NCBI GenBank assembly: GCA_024679065.1
Contig: JAGIQG010000013.1
Location: 52,142,001 to 52,206,000 of the forward strand
Source: Sphyrna mokarran
Taxonomy: Eukaryota
Length of the DNA stretch: 64,000 bases
Direction of reading: 5' to 3'
Shown here: positions 62,101 to 64,000 of the stretch, piece after piece
How positions within the stretch are numbered: position 1 is the first letter of the stretch
Layout: each line of letters starts with the position of its first letter
The notes under the pieces: generated by a model
What the model saw: only the letters and a program-made list of their open reading frames with translations
Databases searched by the model: none
What the model was told of the DNA's origin: nothing
Position numbers and translations under genes: made by a program

Positions 62101-62545
62101 TGGAGGGTTCCAGCCTAAGCTTTTCACTTGTTTAAGCTGGGATGAGGGGATTTTGTTTAATGCTTACTTTTGGAAACTTCAGGTCTTCTTTTTTCCAATT
62201 GCATTGGGCTCTAAGATTAGTTAGCCCTCTCTGTAGCTGTGTGTGTGTGTGAGTGATTTGTGAGTGAGTGAGAGAACAAGAAAGCGAGAAGGCGAGTGAG
62301 ACAGCGAGCGAGAGAGCCAGTGACTTTGACATTACATTATTCTTATTTTGTGGTGAATGTATTTGCTCTTTGATTCAAGAAAACCTTGCTTTATTGTCTC
62401 CTTACTGTTCACAGCTTAAATAGTTAAATATGTACTAATTTGGAAAAGGCATATTCTCATGGAAAAATAAATTTTAGCCTTTGTTATGACTAAGCATGGG
62501 ATTAAATAGAGGAGAATCAGTTCACCTCTTCTCACTTGGTTATAT
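62100..62545 (+). mobile_element. LTR-like fragment containing (GT)n and (GAGT)n simple repeats
   Basis: Non-coding, with AATAAA near 62466. It abruptly truncates the Gypsy RT region. The assignment is by resemblance only. Confidence 0.4.
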
Positions 62546-63169
62546 GAAATACCTTCTAAATTTTGAAGGTCAAGTTTTTTCTATCTGTGACTGAAGAAGT
62601 ACACATCTGCTATTTTCCCACGGACTCATCACATTCCCTCCTTTTATGTTTTAGAACATACAAAGTTTTAAGCAAATAGAAGTTTATAGTGCATATATGC
62701 TCTCATGTGCCTTTACTTATTAATAGTTTAGACTTCAGAACATAAAGGTATAAAGTCACCTCAATTCCCTTGCATATAGACTGCTATAATTAGGAATTCT
62801 GGTTGATAGATTTCCTATTCTGTTAGCCAACATTTGTGATTGTGGCAGCCCTTCGACAAGCTGTACAGACTTTCAGTGATTTAAGATGACCTTGCTTTTT
62901 TATGTCCTGAAACTTTCCCCATTGATCAGCCATTGTCACCTAACAAAAGCTTTCCTATGTGTTAATAGCTTATTTATAAAAAGTGATCAGATATCTTACA
63001 TTTATAATCACAGTTTGCTGCCGACAGCAGTTCCAAAATGCTTACATGTGGGACACAAGGGAAAGTGCCATCCAAAGTGATAGAAAAGGGGAAAAAATGG
63101 TTTGGATTTAGCCAATGGTGGAGACAAGAGGTGGCATATTTTATAGCAAATTGAAGTGTTCCAGCCAGA

Positions 63170-63590
63170 TATTATACAGGCCAATGGAGGCACTGATCAC
63201 TTCACTGGGCAGGACCAGAATGTCTGATATCAGACTTACAAAGCAAATGCTCTACTCTGAATTCAGTTGTAGCAGGAGACTTCCTGGAGGACAGCAGAAA
63301 TACTTTAGGATGTCCTTTTTTATTTTCCAGTAAAAGTCAAATACCTTCACCAATTCATAGCAGATCCTAGCTTGTGACCAATCAAACTGGGGAAGGCTTA
63401 TTTGGGCAGGCACCAGAAACTTTAGTGGGAATGCATAGAGGCAAAATTGAGGTGCTGAAGTGAGAACACAAACCTCCAAACCAACTCATCCACCCAAACC
63501 TACATGTGGTAGTCTGCAGTGTGTATATTGGACTTATCAGTAATCTCAGAACCCATCAAGTCATCCTTGATTCCAAGGGACTATCTAGGA
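63170..63590 (+). mobile_element. RTE LINE 3' fragment
   Basis: EALIT..RMSDIRLTKQMLYSEFSCSRRLPGGQQKYF. Confidence 0.75.
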
Positions 63591-63654
63591 GAAGATACAG
63601 GCTGGTAATGCAGCTTTAATTATTCCTAAAGGTTGGAAGTTAACCACTTGGTAC

Positions 63655-64000
63655 CAAAGGTTCGTTCAGCTGATTAGACAAATGAGTAGCAACCTATGCA
63701 GATCAGGAAAATCCCAGTTTTGATCTATATTCTGTGCCAAATTAACAGATCTTGTCAGGCATTACAGTGACTTTAGAGCTCCTGAGATAAAGAAATATAT
63801 CAGCCAAAAGTCCTTTCTTTCATTTGAGTGTTTTGAATCAGACTTTGCTGTGAGTATGAACATGGGCAAGAATGGGATGGGAACAGAATCAAGCTTGACT
63901 GTCATATTCCCCAAGTTTGCCATCCTGCCATCATTTACTTTAAAAGTTTACACGATTAAGGGCAATTCAGGTAACATTTGGAACAGTACACCCTGCATGG
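63655..64000 (+). mobile_element. tRNA-derived SINE, same family as 14485-14870
   Basis: CAGATCAGGAAAATCCCAGTTTTGATC...ATCAGCCAAAAGTCC. Confidence 0.55.

Noticed and set aside
32202-64000. DMD exon 60 or other upstream exons
   Set aside because: I found no matching peptide or 147-nt exon. Intron 60 appears to extend beyond the window, though a manual scan could miss a divergent exon.

Overview
This is vertebrate genomic DNA, and the repeat families (HE1-type and Deu-type SINEs, CR1, Rex1/Babar, GC-rich MITEs) point to a shark or other elasmobranch. The whole window lies inside the dystrophin gene (DMD), transcribed on the minus strand. Four internal exons are present with canonical GT-AG sites and the same sizes as human exons 61-64: 32123-32201 (79 nt), 27475-27535 (61 nt), 3434-3495 (62 nt) and 689-763 (75 nt). 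Together they encode [92 protein letters not shown] (hinge 4, WW domain, start of the EF-hand region). Intron 62 contains the Dp71 internal promoter and first exon (ATG at 4958, MREQLKG). Two further ATG-plus-donor units just downstream would also splice in frame to exon 63, so they are candidate alternative Dp71 N-termini. Most of the remaining intronic DNA is transposon debris. It includes a reconstructable ~2.2-kb inversion, two small inverted duplications, decayed Penelope-type hammerhead ribozyme motifs, two young CR1 copies and a degenerate Gypsy element. There are no prokaryotic features, CRISPR arrays, rRNA genes or tRNA genes. Repeat family names come from pattern recognition, not database searches, and repeat boundaries are approximate.
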